NCBI RefSeq assembly: GCF_009914755.1 | Contig: NC_060926.1 | Length of the DNA: 64,000 nucleotides | Source: the human T2T-CHM13v2.0 reference genome, Homo sapiens | Direction: 5' to 3' (one strand) | Part shown: positions 1 through 15,449 of the stretch, one piece after another | How the letters are laid out: the number at the start of each line of letters is the position of its first letter | How positions within the stretch are numbered: position 1 is the stretch's first letter | Made by a program: the position numbers and the translations under genes | The notes under the pieces: model-generated | What the model was told of the DNA's origin: nothing | The model's input: the letters and a program-made list of their open reading frames with translations, nothing else | The model's database searches: none

Positions 1-789
1 TGCAGCATAAGGAGGCCAGGGAGGGGGGTGTGTGGAGCAAAGCGGGAGGGATGGAGACAAGGCAGAGGTGGCCAGGGCTGGCACTGGGGGTGCCGGCTCT
101 AGTTCCAGCTGGACACCGGAGTCTCTGGCTTCTCTTGGTCTGGGGACAGTCTGTGCATGGGGAATTGTAAAGGCTTCTGCTTGGCTCAGGCTGGTTCAAG
201 TGGCCCCATCCTGGGCTAATTGGCAGTGGCTAGGGGCAGGTCACATACTGGACACACTCCCATCAGCTGGACACCCACCCCAATCGATACCCACTACGCA
301 AGTAGACCCCAAACCTGGGCAGCAGGCAAAGTCAAGAGCAGTCCAGGGAGCCAGGGTCCAAAAGCTGGAGACATTTCTGAAGGTTGTCAATCTGTGAGGA
401 CAGACATGAGCCTGGAACTGAAGATTTGGATAACCCACGTGCACTGGGGCCAAGAGATAAGGGGCATCAGGTGTCCAGACGTGATGGAGGGATGGGAGGG
501 AGAGGTAGGTGAACAGGGAGTGCTCAGAGCTAGGTGAGATATTTTAGCAAAATCACCAAACAGGAAAAGTTGATGATGCTGGTCCCGTGCAGCTGCTTCT
601 GTAGGAGTTCATGGGGACAGGGGTTACCAGAGGAGGGTTTGCAAATTTTTCCTATAGGATGCCCTCTCTATGGTGATGTACTTGGTCGTCAGTCAACTGC
701 CTGGACAGCCCTGACATTTCCCCTCTCTCCCCACCCTTGCCATGCGCTCATCAAGCCTGCCCATTCTTGCTCCTTAATGCCTCTCTCCC

Positions 790-965
790 CAATCCCTTCC
801 TTTCCATTTCTGTGGTTCTCTTTTGGTGAAGACTATCAATCATCTTTGGATCATTGCAGCGGCTTCCGCCCTGATCATGCTACTCTCACTCTTGCCTTCA
901 ATTCACACTCCAGATAGGGCACCACAGGAATCTTCCAAACACGTAAATCTAAGTTACCACCCTGG
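790..965 (+). mobile_element. L2 LINE fragment (degenerate)
   Basis: Resembles L2 3' region (…ccacaggaatcttccaaacacgtaaatctaagttaccac); boundaries approximate. Confidence 0.45.
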
Positions 966-969
966 TTAA

Positions 970-1158
970 AACCTTCTATAATTAACACAACAACACAACC
1001 TGATTAAAAAATGGGGCAAAGGACTTAGGCATTTCTCCAAAGAAGATATACAAATGGCCAGCAAGCACGTGAAAAGACACCCATCACCCATCTTTAGGGA
1101 AACGCAAATCAAAACCACAATGAGATACCATTTCACACCCATTAAGATGGCTATTGCA
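970..1158 (+). mobile_element. L1 (L1M-type) ORF2 3' fragment
   Basis: Typical L1 text: aaaaatggggcaaaggact…catttctccaaagaagatatacaaatggcca…aaatcaaaaccacaatgagataccatttcacaccc. Confidence 0.9.
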
Positions 1159-1159
1159 C

Positions 1160-1250
1160 AAATATGGTCCATTGCATAAATATATCTCTTCTCCTGTTGA
1201 TGAACGTCTGGGCTCTTTCCAGTTTGGAGCTATTATGAATAAAGCTGCTG
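1160..1250 (-). mobile_element. Old L1 (L1ME-like) fragment, resuming after the LTR at ~1690-1735
   Basis: ctgttgatgaacgtctgggctctttccagtttggagctattatgaataaagctgct is antisense L1M 3' sequence. Confidence 0.75.
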
Positions 1251-1252
1251 TA

Positions 1253-1688
1253 TATTGGGAGACAATTCCCCATGAGTCTCTCGCATTTCTACACATCTTA
1301 TGAGTAAGGCACTGATTGACCTATCTTTTCATGGGTGTTTGTATTGCAGACAGCTTTGGAAGATCAAGCGTCTCCCTCTGGAGCAAAGGGCAAGCACGCT
1401 TGCTTCCCATTGTAAAAGATCCAGGTTCCCTAAGCTCAGGGTTCCTCTCCTGTAATGCAATTCACTGCAAGTACAGGATCCATCTGGGCCCACTCACATT
1501 GTTCTGTGGGACTTGGGGCAAAAGGAACTGACGCAAATATGCTGATACACATGCTGTTTGCTGTGCTGTGAGGAATAACATCCTTTGTCTCTGACTCATG
1601 GTTCTGCCATCTTCTGCCAGCCTCTCAAGAGCCTAACTCATTACCTTTCAAGTTGAGTAAAATTTCAGACCCTTTATAGTTCTTGACA
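1253..1688 (+). mobile_element. Solo ERVL-class LTR, LTR40-like
   Basis: Begins t(a)ttgggagacaattccccatgagtctctcgc, contains ctggagcaaagggca and taagctcagggttcctctcctgtaa, ends tcagaccctttatagttcttgaca; matches my recall of the LTR40 consensus. Confidence 0.8.
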
Positions 1689-1959
1689 TTAAGTGTTCTT
1701 ATACAAGTGTTTCTGGGAACATATATTTTCCCACTTCTTCTTTGTCCTTCTCATCCTGCTGCCTGGAGTGCGGACCTGATGGCTAGAGCCCTGGTTACCA
1801 TCTTGACCCATGAGGACCAGAGACGTAGTGGGTAGAAGGAGCATGGGTGTCCAAGGCTTTTGCAGGTCAGAGTGATCATATTGGCCCTGGAATTTTACAG
1901 GAGGGAAAATGCCTTGCTTACACCACTGTACCGTGGTGTTTTCCAACCCTATCTAATGC

Positions 1960-2150
1960 AACCCATGTCGTGGCTCATCCTGTCTGGGATGTTTTCCCGC
2001 CCTCCCTTCCTTTGTTCACTAATGTATATCATACTAACCTCAAGAATGACTCTTCATATTTCTAGTTCTTCCCACAATGATTGCTTCCTGTATCCTAGGG
2101 CCTTGTACAGTGTCTGGCACAGTAGTAGGTGCTCAGGAGGTAGGAGTTGA
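1960..2150 (+). mobile_element. L2 3' end fragment
   Basis: gtatcctagggccttgtacagtgtctggcacagtagtaggtgctca, typical L2 terminus. Confidence 0.65.
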
Positions 2151-3399
2151 TGAGGTGAACAAATACATAAAAGAAAAACGCAGGTTGGCAGAGATGATGG
2201 GAAAGCGGCATTCTCACTTAGAGGAACAGGTAGAGCATTAGGTTGTCGGGGAGGGAGCCCGAGCTATAGTCCTGTACCGGATGACACCACCGCAGCTCTT
2301 TCCTCTCTGGGCTCAGTTCTCTGGCTCTGCAGTGTGGGCTTTGGCTAGGATGATGAATGCCCATGGTCCCCACTGATTCTCAAGCCCTGTGCAAACTCTG
2401 AAATTTGAATACTGCTTTCCTGGCAATGCCTCCCTGCTTTTCTCTCCTGTAACTTATATTTGACCAATGGCATCACTTGATGGCTGAGAAAGGTCCTACT
2501 CCTTGCTGGGCCCAGGACTGCTCTGCAACCCAAGCTTGGGGAGACATGGGTGCCTGGGCAGCTTAGCAGCTGGGGAGACTGACAGCTTTAGTGAGCCCAG
2601 CGGGTGGCATCAAGTTTCTGGGTGCCTGGTCACCATGTTAATCTGCTCTTGGTGCCACTAATACCAATTTGTGAGCAGACAGCCAGGATCAGACAGGCCA
2701 GCTGTCAGGCAACTGTGGACAGCTCAGTGTGTGGTTTGATTTTATGGCTTAGGGCTGGAATTATAAATTAATTAGCAAATTTAAGTTTCTGGAGCTGCTT
2801 CAGATAGGTAGCTCCCAGGGGCCAGGTGACACTAGTTTGACCCAGTGACCCCAGCCCAGGTCCTGCCACCCACCATTACCACCACCAAGGGAGTCAGAAA
2901 GAGTCCATCTTGTTTCCAGCACCACCACCACCCTGCTGGGGGACCCAGGTGGGCCCCTCTCCCTCTCTAGGCCCAGCCTCTTCATCTGTACACAAAGGAG
3001 CAGGACTGGATGCTTTTGTCTGTCTTCTCCACGCCAGCATTCTGGGATTCTAATTAGGCACAAGATGTCTAGCGTGTGGTAGAGCCAGCAAAGCTCTCTG
3101 TCCATGCTTCTGCCTCCAGGGCAGGTGGGACCACTTCCCCTGCTTTACCCCTGTAACCTTTACTGAGCTCCAGGGATCCTTGTTTCCAGAGAAGACAGGC
3201 AATAGAGTGGAGTGATCTAAAATTACACATGCAGCTGAGTCGCCCCTTCAGCCAATCTCCACCCTCCATCAGGGAGGTTTCCCAGTGTCCTGATGGCGGG
3301 GCGGGGTCTCCAGATGCCCCACTGGGCTACAGGCCCTGCCTGTCCTAGTGCTGCCTCTCATCCCCTCTCATCGCCCATGAACCCCGGCCACACCAGCTC

Positions 3400-3727
3400 C
3401 TCCCTAGTCCTCCTAAGGGCCAGCCGCCTTCCTGCCTGCCACAGGATCCTAGCATATGCCATTCCCTCTTCCTCCCCAGTGTACCCCCCCTTCCTCCAGC
3501 CTGTCGTCCTGCAGGCTAATGCCCCCTCCTTCAAGAAGCCTGACCTGACGCCCTATTCACTGCTCTCTGAGTGCCCTGCACTTTCCCTGGCACCCCTCAT
3601 CACAGAGGGAAGCACTGACTCTTCGGGTCACTTGTTATTTCATGCTGTCCCCATCCCCCCTTCAGGACTGTGAGATCCATGGCAAAGGAGCACATCTGTT
3701 TTATTCACCAATTTTTTCAGAGCCTAC
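3400..3727 (+). mobile_element. L2 fragment; its 3' end resumes at ~4145-4210 after the MaLR LTR
   Basis: gcatatgccattccctctt…ctgtgagatccatggcaaaggagcacatctgttttattcacc; terminus gtaggcacctggtaaacatttgctga…gaatgaatgaa at 4160-4210. Confidence 0.6.
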
Positions 3728-3729
3728 TA

Positions 3730-4145
3730 GTGGTCTCCCAACATTCATTGTCTCCTCCTCTCTCCCAGTAAGAGATCTCTTGATTTTTAGCTTGGCCTGT
3801 GTTCACCCAAAATAAAGACCACAGCTCCCAGTACCTTTGCAGCAGGTTGTGACCACGTGATCAAGTTCCAGCCAACGGAGTCCGAATGAGCAGGCTGTGC
3901 ATGGCGCCTGGCTGTGCCTTTCCTCTTTCACCTCCTCCCGCTGGTGCAGGAGCATGAGCAGTGTAGGTGTGAGGTGTGCGGACCGTGCAAACAGGAGCTC
4001 GCTCCAGAAATGCAGAGCAACAGGTAGAGGGGCCTGAGCAATGCACCAGCTGTGGCTTTGACAAGCAAGGAGCCAGCCTATGTCTGGTTAGAGCCACTGT
4101 CATTCTAGCCCAGGTCATATAACTGCATCCTAAACCTAACTTGTA
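3730..4145 (+). mobile_element. MaLR LTR (old MLT1, H/I/J-like) inserted in L2
   Basis: cccaaaataaagaccacagctcccagtacctttgcagcaggttgtgaccacgtgatcaagttccagccaa…gttagagccactgt…cctaact. Confidence 0.65.
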
Positions 4146-4201
4146 TACCCCTACATCTGGTAGGCACCTGGTAAACATTTGCTGACCAAATGAGGGATTG
4201 A

Positions 4202-4802
<601 letters not shown>

Positions 4803-5934
4803 GAGGGTGTCTCTTTACCAGGGCTCCACCAAGCAGAAGCCCTACTAATGATGGCAAGGACGTGCCAAGGCCCTAAGAGTGAAAGCGAGACCAGATTTCA
4901 TCCCAAGTTCTTTTTAGAAAGGTAGAAGTATTTTTTTAATGGATGCAAAAGCTTTGAAAACTGGTGATATATGAAGAAGGATAATAATAAATGTTTTGAC
5001 AAGGGGGCCTGTCAGGACAGGCACTGCAAAAAAGTAGGTAGAAATTGAAAATGTCCCAGAATCTATAGTTGCCAATGCCTGAGATTCCTTCCTTTGGGTA
5101 AAGTAACCATAGTTTTTGAAATGCAGATAACCCTTGACAGGGCATGCTGTAAGCCATTCTCAGCGATCTGTGCCTCTGTGTGTGGGCACGCGTTTATGAG
5201 ATCCTTGCAACTGATTCAGAGCAGGTTTGAATGGAGGGTGGTGGGGAGAGCCGAGAAGGGGGCTAGGCGAGGAGATTAGGGAGGCCAGGCTGCAGTCCAC
5301 CTACCTCGAAGGTGCCGCTTCCTAAAGATTGGCAGGAGAATGGGGCATTGACACGTACTTTACAAGAAAGAAAGGCACACGCAGTTCTTCCGCCACACCA
5401 GTGACCTCAAGGTCCATCCTCTTTCGGGGGTGCAGAACAGTGGCTCTGAGGTCACCCGGGTCGCTGCTGTCCCCAGCTGGAAGAGTTACCTGCGGCCATG
5501 GAGGCCAGCTCCCTGCCTCAAGGCACGGATCTACCCAAGCCACATTGGACAGATGTGCTACAGTTTACATTTAGGCTGCAAGTGTCATTAATTACCCGCA
5601 GAAGCCATGAGCTCAGGGAGATTCCCTTGGCTTAGGTCTTCCACCTCCTGCCAGAAATGCAATGCAGGTGGGTTGGGCTGCGGAAACTGGATGGATTAAA
5701 GTTCAGGCTTAGCAAGAAGATATATTGGTAGGTGATTATGTGCTTTGTGAAAGCTTTGCTGTACAAAAGGGAACTACCCCCCAACCCCAACCACCACCCT
5801 TGGATTCCACCCATCCACGTGCCCTGCCGGGAAGATTTAGCCCCATCTGCTGTTGTGGAATTGTGTTGGAAACCTTTGGGGATACAAGGGAAAGAGCAGC
5901 TAGCTTGGCTATCCTAGACCTGGAGCTGCCCCAC

Positions 5935-6170
5935 CTGTACCTTGCTTTTGGGTAACTTTAGGCAAATCACTGCCCTGCTCTGAGCCCCACTCTCCAACAC
6001 CTTTAAGGCTCAGCACAGTCTCTTGGGGCTGCTTACAAGCTGTGTGTTCTTGTGCAAGTGACTCAACCTCTCTGAACCACAGCCTTTTCAGCCATAGAAA
6101 GAGGAAAGTCATGACACCTATCTCAGAGGCGTCTTGTGAGAATTAAGCCAGATGCCAATGACAGGTGCCT
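5935..6170 (+). mobile_element. MIR fragments (two core pieces)
   Basis: gtaactttaggcaaatcactgccctgctctgagcc and gcaagtgactcaacctctctgaacc…cacctatctcagaggcgtcttgtgagaattaa. Confidence 0.65.
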
Positions 6171-6396
6171 GGAATGAAGAGGCCGACCTATTCGATGCAG
6201 TGAATAGGCCCAGCCTGTTACAAACCTGGGCTCCAGACTCCAGCCCAGTCACCCACCGCCTTCTGAATCGCATCAATTGGTCCCTGGGTGGGTCTCTGTT
6301 GCAGAGGGTGGAGGGGCAGCCCGGGGACTCGATGCAGCAAAACTTACTGAGCCTTCAGTCAATATTTGAAAAATCAGGAGACCCCCCCCCCCTCAC

Positions 6397-6451
6397 TCTC
6401 ACACATATGCACACACTCTCTCACACATGCACACATAACACACATACACAC
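6397..6451. repeat. Imperfect (CA)n microsatellite
   Basis: Seen directly. Confidence 0.85.
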
Positions 6452-9400
6452 CCTGCATTTCTGCCTTCTCTAGAAAAAATCAGAAGACCTGGCCACCCTA
6501 GGTGCCAATTCCTGCCAGATGTCAAGCAGCTCTTGCCGAATAGAAGCTGCTCCCTTTGGATGGGAGCATGAATGTGTCATTCCTCCACAGTCCCGCCCTT
6601 CTGGAAGCCTCTCACCTGCCCCCTTGCTCACATGCCATTTTCTTGCCCCGCCCCGCCCCGCCCCTCTGGGCTTCTGTCACTGATTACTCTCATGGCTGTT
6701 CTGTGTCTGTGGGGCTCATGTCTCTTGCATCTTCGCCCTGCACCCTGACTCCCAGAGCCAGCCCAGTGCTGAGCCCAGCATTGGGTGCAGTGGATGCTTG
6801 TTGGCTGTGGTCCTTTGTTCTTTGGTGTGCAGGGCCCTGCATGCCCACCCTATGGGGCTGGCCAGGTCTCAGAACCAAGCAGGTGCTCCTGGTGGACTGA
6901 ACCTTTGAGCTCAATGCAACTGGACAGATGCTTATTTCAAGAAGATCAGAATTTGATTTCTGTGCTCCCTGGGGGTGTGGGGCGGCAAAAACAACCTGAC
7001 CTGGCTGGGGAGCAGGGTGGCGGCTGGCCCAGGAATGCATAGCCGTGTGCTGGAGGCTGGAGCCCCTGTCTTGTTCTCCTCACAGCCGTGGTGTTTGGTG
7101 GAGGCCCAGGGCTTCCCCTCTTTGTTCTGTGAAAAGCAGAGGCCACAGAGAGTTCCTGTCCCTGTCTGTGAGGGCATTAGGGCTAGAGTTCCCTGTTTGA
7201 GGGAACAAGGTCTGCAGGTAGGCCCCCACCCATGAGCTGTACAGGTCAACTCTCCATCCCACCTATGAGTGCACACTGAGCCTCAGCCATCCTGAGTCCT
7301 GCGCTCAGTGCTCCAGGGATGCCCAGAAACCATTCCTGCCTGTAGGGAGCTCATGGCTGGGATTAGAGTAAAACATGAAGCTGAGGAGTTAGGCCACAGC
7401 AGGAGGCTGGGAACTCTTGGGAACAAGTTCTGTGGACACCCCATGGAAAGAGAGGGCCGAGGATTGTAGGCAGGGAGGTGGTCAGGGAGGGCTTCCTGGA
7501 AGAGGTGGGGAAGGGACTACAACTCTAGAAGGAATGAGCTGTCTGTGAGTACACTTTGACTATTCTCATCTCTCCCCTTCCTTAGAGCCCAAGTCCTGAA
7601 AATGTCCCCTCAAGCATGTATGAGCAGGTAGTTTAGATTTCAGTCTATGCAACAAAGCAACTGCAGGAGCTATTCTCCATGGAACAGCATCTCTGGTCAC
7701 CTGGCAGCAGCTCAGAGGCCCGGCCACAGTCCTGGCTGTCGCCTGTGCCTGGCCTCCACTGCCTGTCTCAGGCCCTTGCCCTTCCCATTCCCTGGCCCTC
7801 CACATGGTCCACCCTCTGCCCTTCCAGGATGGTGTGGCCCTCCGTGGCTCCTGCTGCTCCCCGGCCACTGCTCACTGCCAGCTCTCTGTGAGTCTCTCTG
7901 CTCTCTGGATCCTTCTCTGTGTATTTTGCTGCCCAAAGCCCCAAGAGACAGCATCTGTTTGGCTGGACAGACCCTGGGCGCTGTGCCACACTCGAGCCAG
8001 GCTACTGACAACTACCCTGGGTCAAATCTTTGAGGCTGGCCTCCCCAGCTATGGCCAGAGCAGCGGGGTTGCGTGGAGGTGCTGGCCCTCCTCAGGGCAG
8101 CAGTGTGGCAGAGTCCTCGGCTGTGTGGGGGGAGCAGTCTAAGAACCCTCACATCCAGGATCATTCCAGCGATTCCCAGCCCTCGGGGCACCCTCAGGCA
8201 GCGCCACAGCCAGGCGGGAGGAACAGAGGCTGGCCAGAGCTGAGACACTGCCTCCGACGCAGCTTCCAGTATGCCTTGCACCAGGGCCCCACCGTGGGAC
8301 CCAGGTGGCAGCTTTGCTGTTCTCGACAAATGCAAACCCCATCCTGTGACACCAGCCAAGGAAGCAGGCACCGCCAACAGCTTGGCGCTCACCAAACCGT
8401 AAGACTTTTTGGGCAAAAGATTTTGTTCTCTCTGCCCCACCAAACACTTGTCTCTTTTGATTTTGCCATTGTTCTTTCCAGGGAAATCTAATTTTAAAGC
8501 AAAAAAAATATGTTTCCTAACCAACAGGACACATGTGTGTGCCAACAAATATTTGATTTGAAAGCAAGTCTTTGCTCAGTGTAAGCTTTGTTTTTAACGG
8601 ACAGGACAAAACACCGGGACCAGCTGTGCAGAGCATGTGTTTGGCCCCGGAGGCCCAGTGTTCCTTTCAGCTTGGAAATCTGGCTCGAGGTGTCCAGCTG
8701 GGACCCCATCGTAAGGGTCACATAGTTTCCAATCTGGAGGGTGAGGCGGGGCCCGGTGGCAGTAAGATCTTCCCTTTCAATAAAGAACCAAAATATCCCA
8801 GTCTGCAACATTATCAACCCCGGATGTGTCTCCACACACAAAGCCGCTTGCAAAATAAAGCCACATTTGAGCTCAGGCCAGGGGTGATGTTGAAAACAAT
8901 GCAGCTAATAAGTCACCAGTTGCTGGATGGAATCAAACTGTTTTTGTTTTGTGGAGGTTTCTCAGCTTCTGGGGCAGCTCTTCCGCCCCAGGGGGAGAGC
9001 CTTGTGTCAGCCTCTCTCTTCCTCCGCTCCAGAGATGCTGCTGCGTCCCCACAGGCCTGGGGCTCCCAGGGCAGACCTCAGTATCCCACACATATACTCA
9101 GTCACATCTTCCATAGCGTGTGCTAAATCATACCCTAGACCCAGCCCAAATAAGAAGAAAAAATACCAGTTGCATCCAGTGGCAGGAAACCTCAAAGGTC
9201 AGCGGTGACTGTCGGGTGTCTGGATGTCTCTGGGATCAGCACCGTGTTGGTAGCGGGGGTTCATACCATGGAAGCACCAAGCAGGGCTGTGTGGGGGCTC
9301 CCGTGTTAGGGACAAATGCGAGTGTGAAATGAATGCCCGCCGCTCAGAGGCTGAGCCTCACACACTACGAAACCTCTCTGGGCTACAGTTTCTCTTTTGT

Positions 9401-11889
9401 GCAGTGAATGTGTATTTCACAACCTCATGAGGTCGGAGGTGGGGAGAAAAGGGGAGAAATCTGTGAGGCCCAGGCAGAGGCTGCAGAGGGTCCTGCCCAT
9501 ACGCATTCTCCTGGCTGCCCTGGAGACACGGGCCTAGTGTTTCGCGGAGCACAGGGCCGCCCAGTCTCCCTAGTGGCTGGGTGTGGCCATGTGAGTGACC
9601 CACTGGCTGTGAGCATAAGTGCTACATGGAGCTTCTGGAAATTTCCTTAAAGGACAGGTAGCAGGCACCTGCACCCACTGCTTGGAATGTAGAAAGCATG
9701 GCTGGTGCCGGGGCCCATTGTGGACCACGAGGCCTGGGCTGCGTCTGGAGCAGGGTGCAGCGGGGGTCCCACTGCGTCTGTCTTGGCCTGCCTCCCTCTG
9801 CACTGCTTCTCCACAAGAGAGAAGCTTCTTTCTCCTTTCCTAAGGGATTTCCACCCTTTTTGCTAGCACCCATCTCATGGGTACAGGCCTGGCATTGAGT
9901 ACCTGTGAATGAGCTGAATGTTTGTTCTCCAGGGATGGACGTGTCCTGCAAGACCCTGGGGTGACTGAGTGGGGCCTCTTGGTGGCATGGAGAAGGTGGC
10001 CCACTCCCATCTGGACAGGCAGACAGGGGCTACAGGAGGAAAGCGGGCCAGTAGGGAGTGGTAGGGACTGGAGAGCCAGGGCCCTCAGCCACTGCCCAGG
10101 GCCACCAACTCTCACCCTGAAGAGAGTCAGACTGGCCTTGCCTGAGTCGCTGGTATTTTAAGGGAAACTGGGAAACTCCTAGTTTTGTACATGCTGATAG
10201 CTCATTCAGATTTGCTGGCAACACACGGTGCAGCTGCCGTGGCAGGGGCTCCATGAAGCACATCTGCTGTGCATGAAGCTTCCAGTCTGGTGCCACCCAT
10301 TCGTGCCCTCTGTCTGTGTGGCTGGGTTAAAACACAGGCTGGCATGGGGCAGGCCACAGGCCAGCTGTTGTGCAGCCTTCTTCTTTTCTTTGTGCCTCTC
10401 AGAGGGCTCAGGGGCTCTCCACCTTACCTCTGGGAGACTCCACACACCCCTGAACCCCTCAGTCTGTTCACACCAATGCCAATGCCCCTCTTTGCCTCTC
10501 CTGCCATTTCCCCTCACTCAGAGTCACACTGGCATGATGCCTCTACCCCATTACACACTGCCAATGCACAGGCTGTTCCATCTTTCAAAATGAGGTGGGG
10601 CACAGTGAACAAGATGCCCTCAATGTCTAGTCTCTCCTTGCTTTATTAAATGCCCTTCTGAGTTTAAGCTGGGCACAGGACCTCCCGGCTAAAGACCGCT
10701 TTCTCCAGCCTCCTTGACAGCAAGGTGTGGCCCACGGAATAAGTCTGATTGGTCAGATTTGAACAGCAGCAACTTCTGGGCCATGTTTTCAAAAGAAAAA
10801 GGAGTGCCTTCCACTTCCCCTTCCCACTTCCCGCTGGCAGGAATGTGGGCGTGAAGGCAGGAGGGGGAGCAGTCACCTTAGATTGAGTGGTGAAAGCTGG
10901 CTCTTGTGATCAGCAGAGCCTGTGTCCACGGTGCCATGGTGATGCCACATAAGCCCATCATGCTTCCATTCAGCCTGCCGTGTGAGGGGCCAGTAGACTC
11001 TGATCTGGTTTCATGACAGTTACTTTGTCATTTTTATAGCAAGCCTGTATTTTACAGCAATAGTGAGCTTGTGTTCTAACTGGTTCACGTGGCTTACCAT
11101 TTTCATCTTACGTAGAATTCATTCATGTCAGTTACCCAACTGGATCCACTTCATTCTTTCATGCATCCATCCAGTTAGCGAGTCCTGAGCATTTTCTGTA
11201 CAGATCACTGGGGAAAACACAAAGGCAGACAACTCGCAGTTCCCCACACTTGAGCAGAAACTTAGGAGTGATGGTGAGAGGACAAGTGCCATTAGAACCC
11301 TGTTCTGTGGCCCAAGGTGGCAGTTCTGCAAACAGTTGATGAACATCTGCCCTGTGCTTCACTCAGAGCCCCTGTGGGCTGGGTAGTTGCTGCAGACGGT
11401 GACATCACCTGACTCTCCCAGGGCAGCCCCAGACGTGCAATAAGACTCCAGCCAGGTGAGTGAGCCAGTGTGCTTGTGTGTGCACACGTGTGTGAGCGAG
11501 CATGCACACACATGGACGAGGGAGAGGAGAGAGAGGAAGCAGGTCTGTGTTTAGGGACTCATGGACAACGATTCACCTATTCATCAAGATTGCATTACAT
11601 ACCTCCTGTGCATGACTGCTGACAGAGGCCAATAAGCCAAGGCCCTGCCCTGGAGAGGCCCCCCGTAGGCTGCAGACACACCTGCAGACACTGGTGGCTC
11701 CAGTCACTCCCTGCCCTTTGTCCCTGCCCTTAGGATGTGCCATTCATGCTTTCCCCCGAATCGTATGACCAAGAGCTAGGGTTAGGTGCTCTGCCTAAAG
11801 CCATTGCATAAAAAATCCCGACAACCAGTCTCCTTAGAAATATTCCTAACCATGCTTATCAGCCACCTGTTGGCCAGCAAGCCCAGAAA

Positions 11890-11980
11890 TTTATATACAT
11901 CGTTGGTATTCATCTTCACGATAACCCTAGAATGAAGGCAGCTTATCCCCCATTTTATAGATAAGAAAACTGAGGTTTGG
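11890..11980 (-). mobile_element. MIR
   Basis: catcttcacgataaccctag…tatcccccattttatagataagaaaactgaggtttggaga. Confidence 0.8.
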
Positions 11981-12114
11981 AGAAAAAGAAATGGAAAAGG
12001 AAAAAGCATGGGCACCATCAGGAAGAGAGACTGGCCGGGCATTGCTCGTTTCCCTGCACCCCTCCCCAGGCAGGTGGACTGGGCTAGACGCAAAGAGGCA
12101 GGACCACGGTCTGG

Positions 12115-12290
12115 GTCAGAATGCAAGCTCTGGAGCCTACTGGCTGGGTGACCTTAATTGACCTTCCTGGGCCTCTGTTTCATTGTCTGCAAAATGGAGC
12201 CCAAAATACCCAACTCATAGGATCGCTGTAAGACCTAAGTGAAAACCTGTAGAAAAATGTGCATGCAGACACGAGCCTAATATTGGGGCC
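12115..12290 (+). mobile_element. MIR
   Basis: tactggctgggtgacctt…ctgggcctctgtttcattgtctgcaaaatgg…caactcataggatcgctgtaagacctaagtga. Confidence 0.75.
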
Positions 12291-13694
12291 ACTACTGACT
12301 GGTGGTTATAAGGCTGAGACTCAAGGTCAGACAGGCCTGGCCTTACCCCTTCCTGGCTGTCTGTGCCCTTAACCCCTATGCAGATGGCAAGAGAGCCCTG
12401 GTGCCCATCTTGTGGGGCTATGTAGGCAAAATGAGGAGAAGCAAGTGTCCAGCAGGCAGTAGCCACGGCTTCTCTTGCAGCTCTGGTGTGTGTGCCTCCT
12501 TCTCTATACTGGAGCCCCATCCTCAGCTGTGTGAGCAGACAGGGCTGCCCCGTGCTCCAACCCCTGGTCAGCACCCACCCAAGGAGCGGACCGCGGGGCA
12601 CTGGTCTGCCCACTGTCCCCGGCTGTGTCTCCTCAGTTTCTGCCCTCTAGCAGTTGTTCCCAATTTCCTTCCAACCTTTCAAACCTCCAGCCAATCAGCC
12701 TCTGACCCCAAGGACCAAGGTTAGAGGCAGAAATAAAGACAAAACAGTGCTGCTGTCTTAAATCACCAAATTAGCTGTTATGGAGGAGGGCAGTAAAAGA
12801 AAATAAAACAAAGATGAGATGTAAAGTCTGAAATAGAAACACCAAGGAGAGTGACTGGTGGAGGTTAGCAAGTTAGGAAGCCAGGCAGACCGAGGTGCTA
12901 TCTGGGTGGCCTTGGGCAAGTCTCTGCCCTCCCGAGTCTTTGCCCCTTAGAGCTCAGGACTTCAGAGACCATGATTCCTGGGTTATGCTTTCATGGGGGA
13001 GCCCAGAACTCTGTGCTGGGCTGTCATTCCTCTCAACACACCCTCCCCGGTGTCGTCACCTGCTCTTGGCTCCAAGTCCCATCCAAGAGTCTGTCTCCAG
13101 CTAGGCTTCTCTCCTCCAAAGTGCAGATGTCCAAAGTCATCCATTGGCTTGACATCTGCCCAGAGGCCTCACCCATTGCTATAGCCACATGTCCAGGACT
13201 GGTGGAGGCCGCCATAAGGAGACGGCCCTTGTCTCACGGGAAGGGGAGCCTGAAATTCCCAGGGGCCGGAGGAGGCTGCACTGGAACCACACCCCACTCA
13301 GGACTGCTGAGCTGAGAGGGTGCTGCCTCAGTGAAAGCTCTGCCACCTCACATTGCCAGGTCCCAAGCGTCTGACCGCACCGGGAGAGGGTCAGAGTGTG
13401 CCTGGCATGGTGGGCCCTGGCTCTGTACCTTCCACCCTGCCGAAGAGACTTTGGGTTGCATCTCTCTACATAGCAGAAGAGTGGAGACATAGGAGCCTGC
13501 CTCACAGAGTTGTGGGGTGGCCTGGGAGCGGGCTGGCCCCCTTGGGGATTCTGTGGCCCAGTTCTCACCCACCATGCCCCTGCCCAGCAGCCTCCCTGCA
13601 GGCTCCTGAGGGTTCAACCTGGTGCACAATCTTCAGGCCTCTCCTGCCTTGACCTGACAGCCCTCCACACCCCAGCCACACCCTTCTTTAGTGC

Positions 13695-15219
<1,525 letters not shown>

Positions 15220-15449
15220 TAGCTTCTGGATTTCGTGTCTTGCTTAGGAAGGTCTTCCCTCCTCCGAGATCATGAAAATATGCTCCTCTCTTTTGCTATT
15301 GTGGTGTTAATAGCTTTGTTTTTTCCTTTTACAGACTTCGTCCATCTGAAATGAATTTGGCAGAATGACACTCTCTTTCTTGTGAAATCCAGTCCTGCCT
15401 TGGGATCCACAGATGCCCCGACATGTCCTACCTTCCCCGTCCCTTGGTC

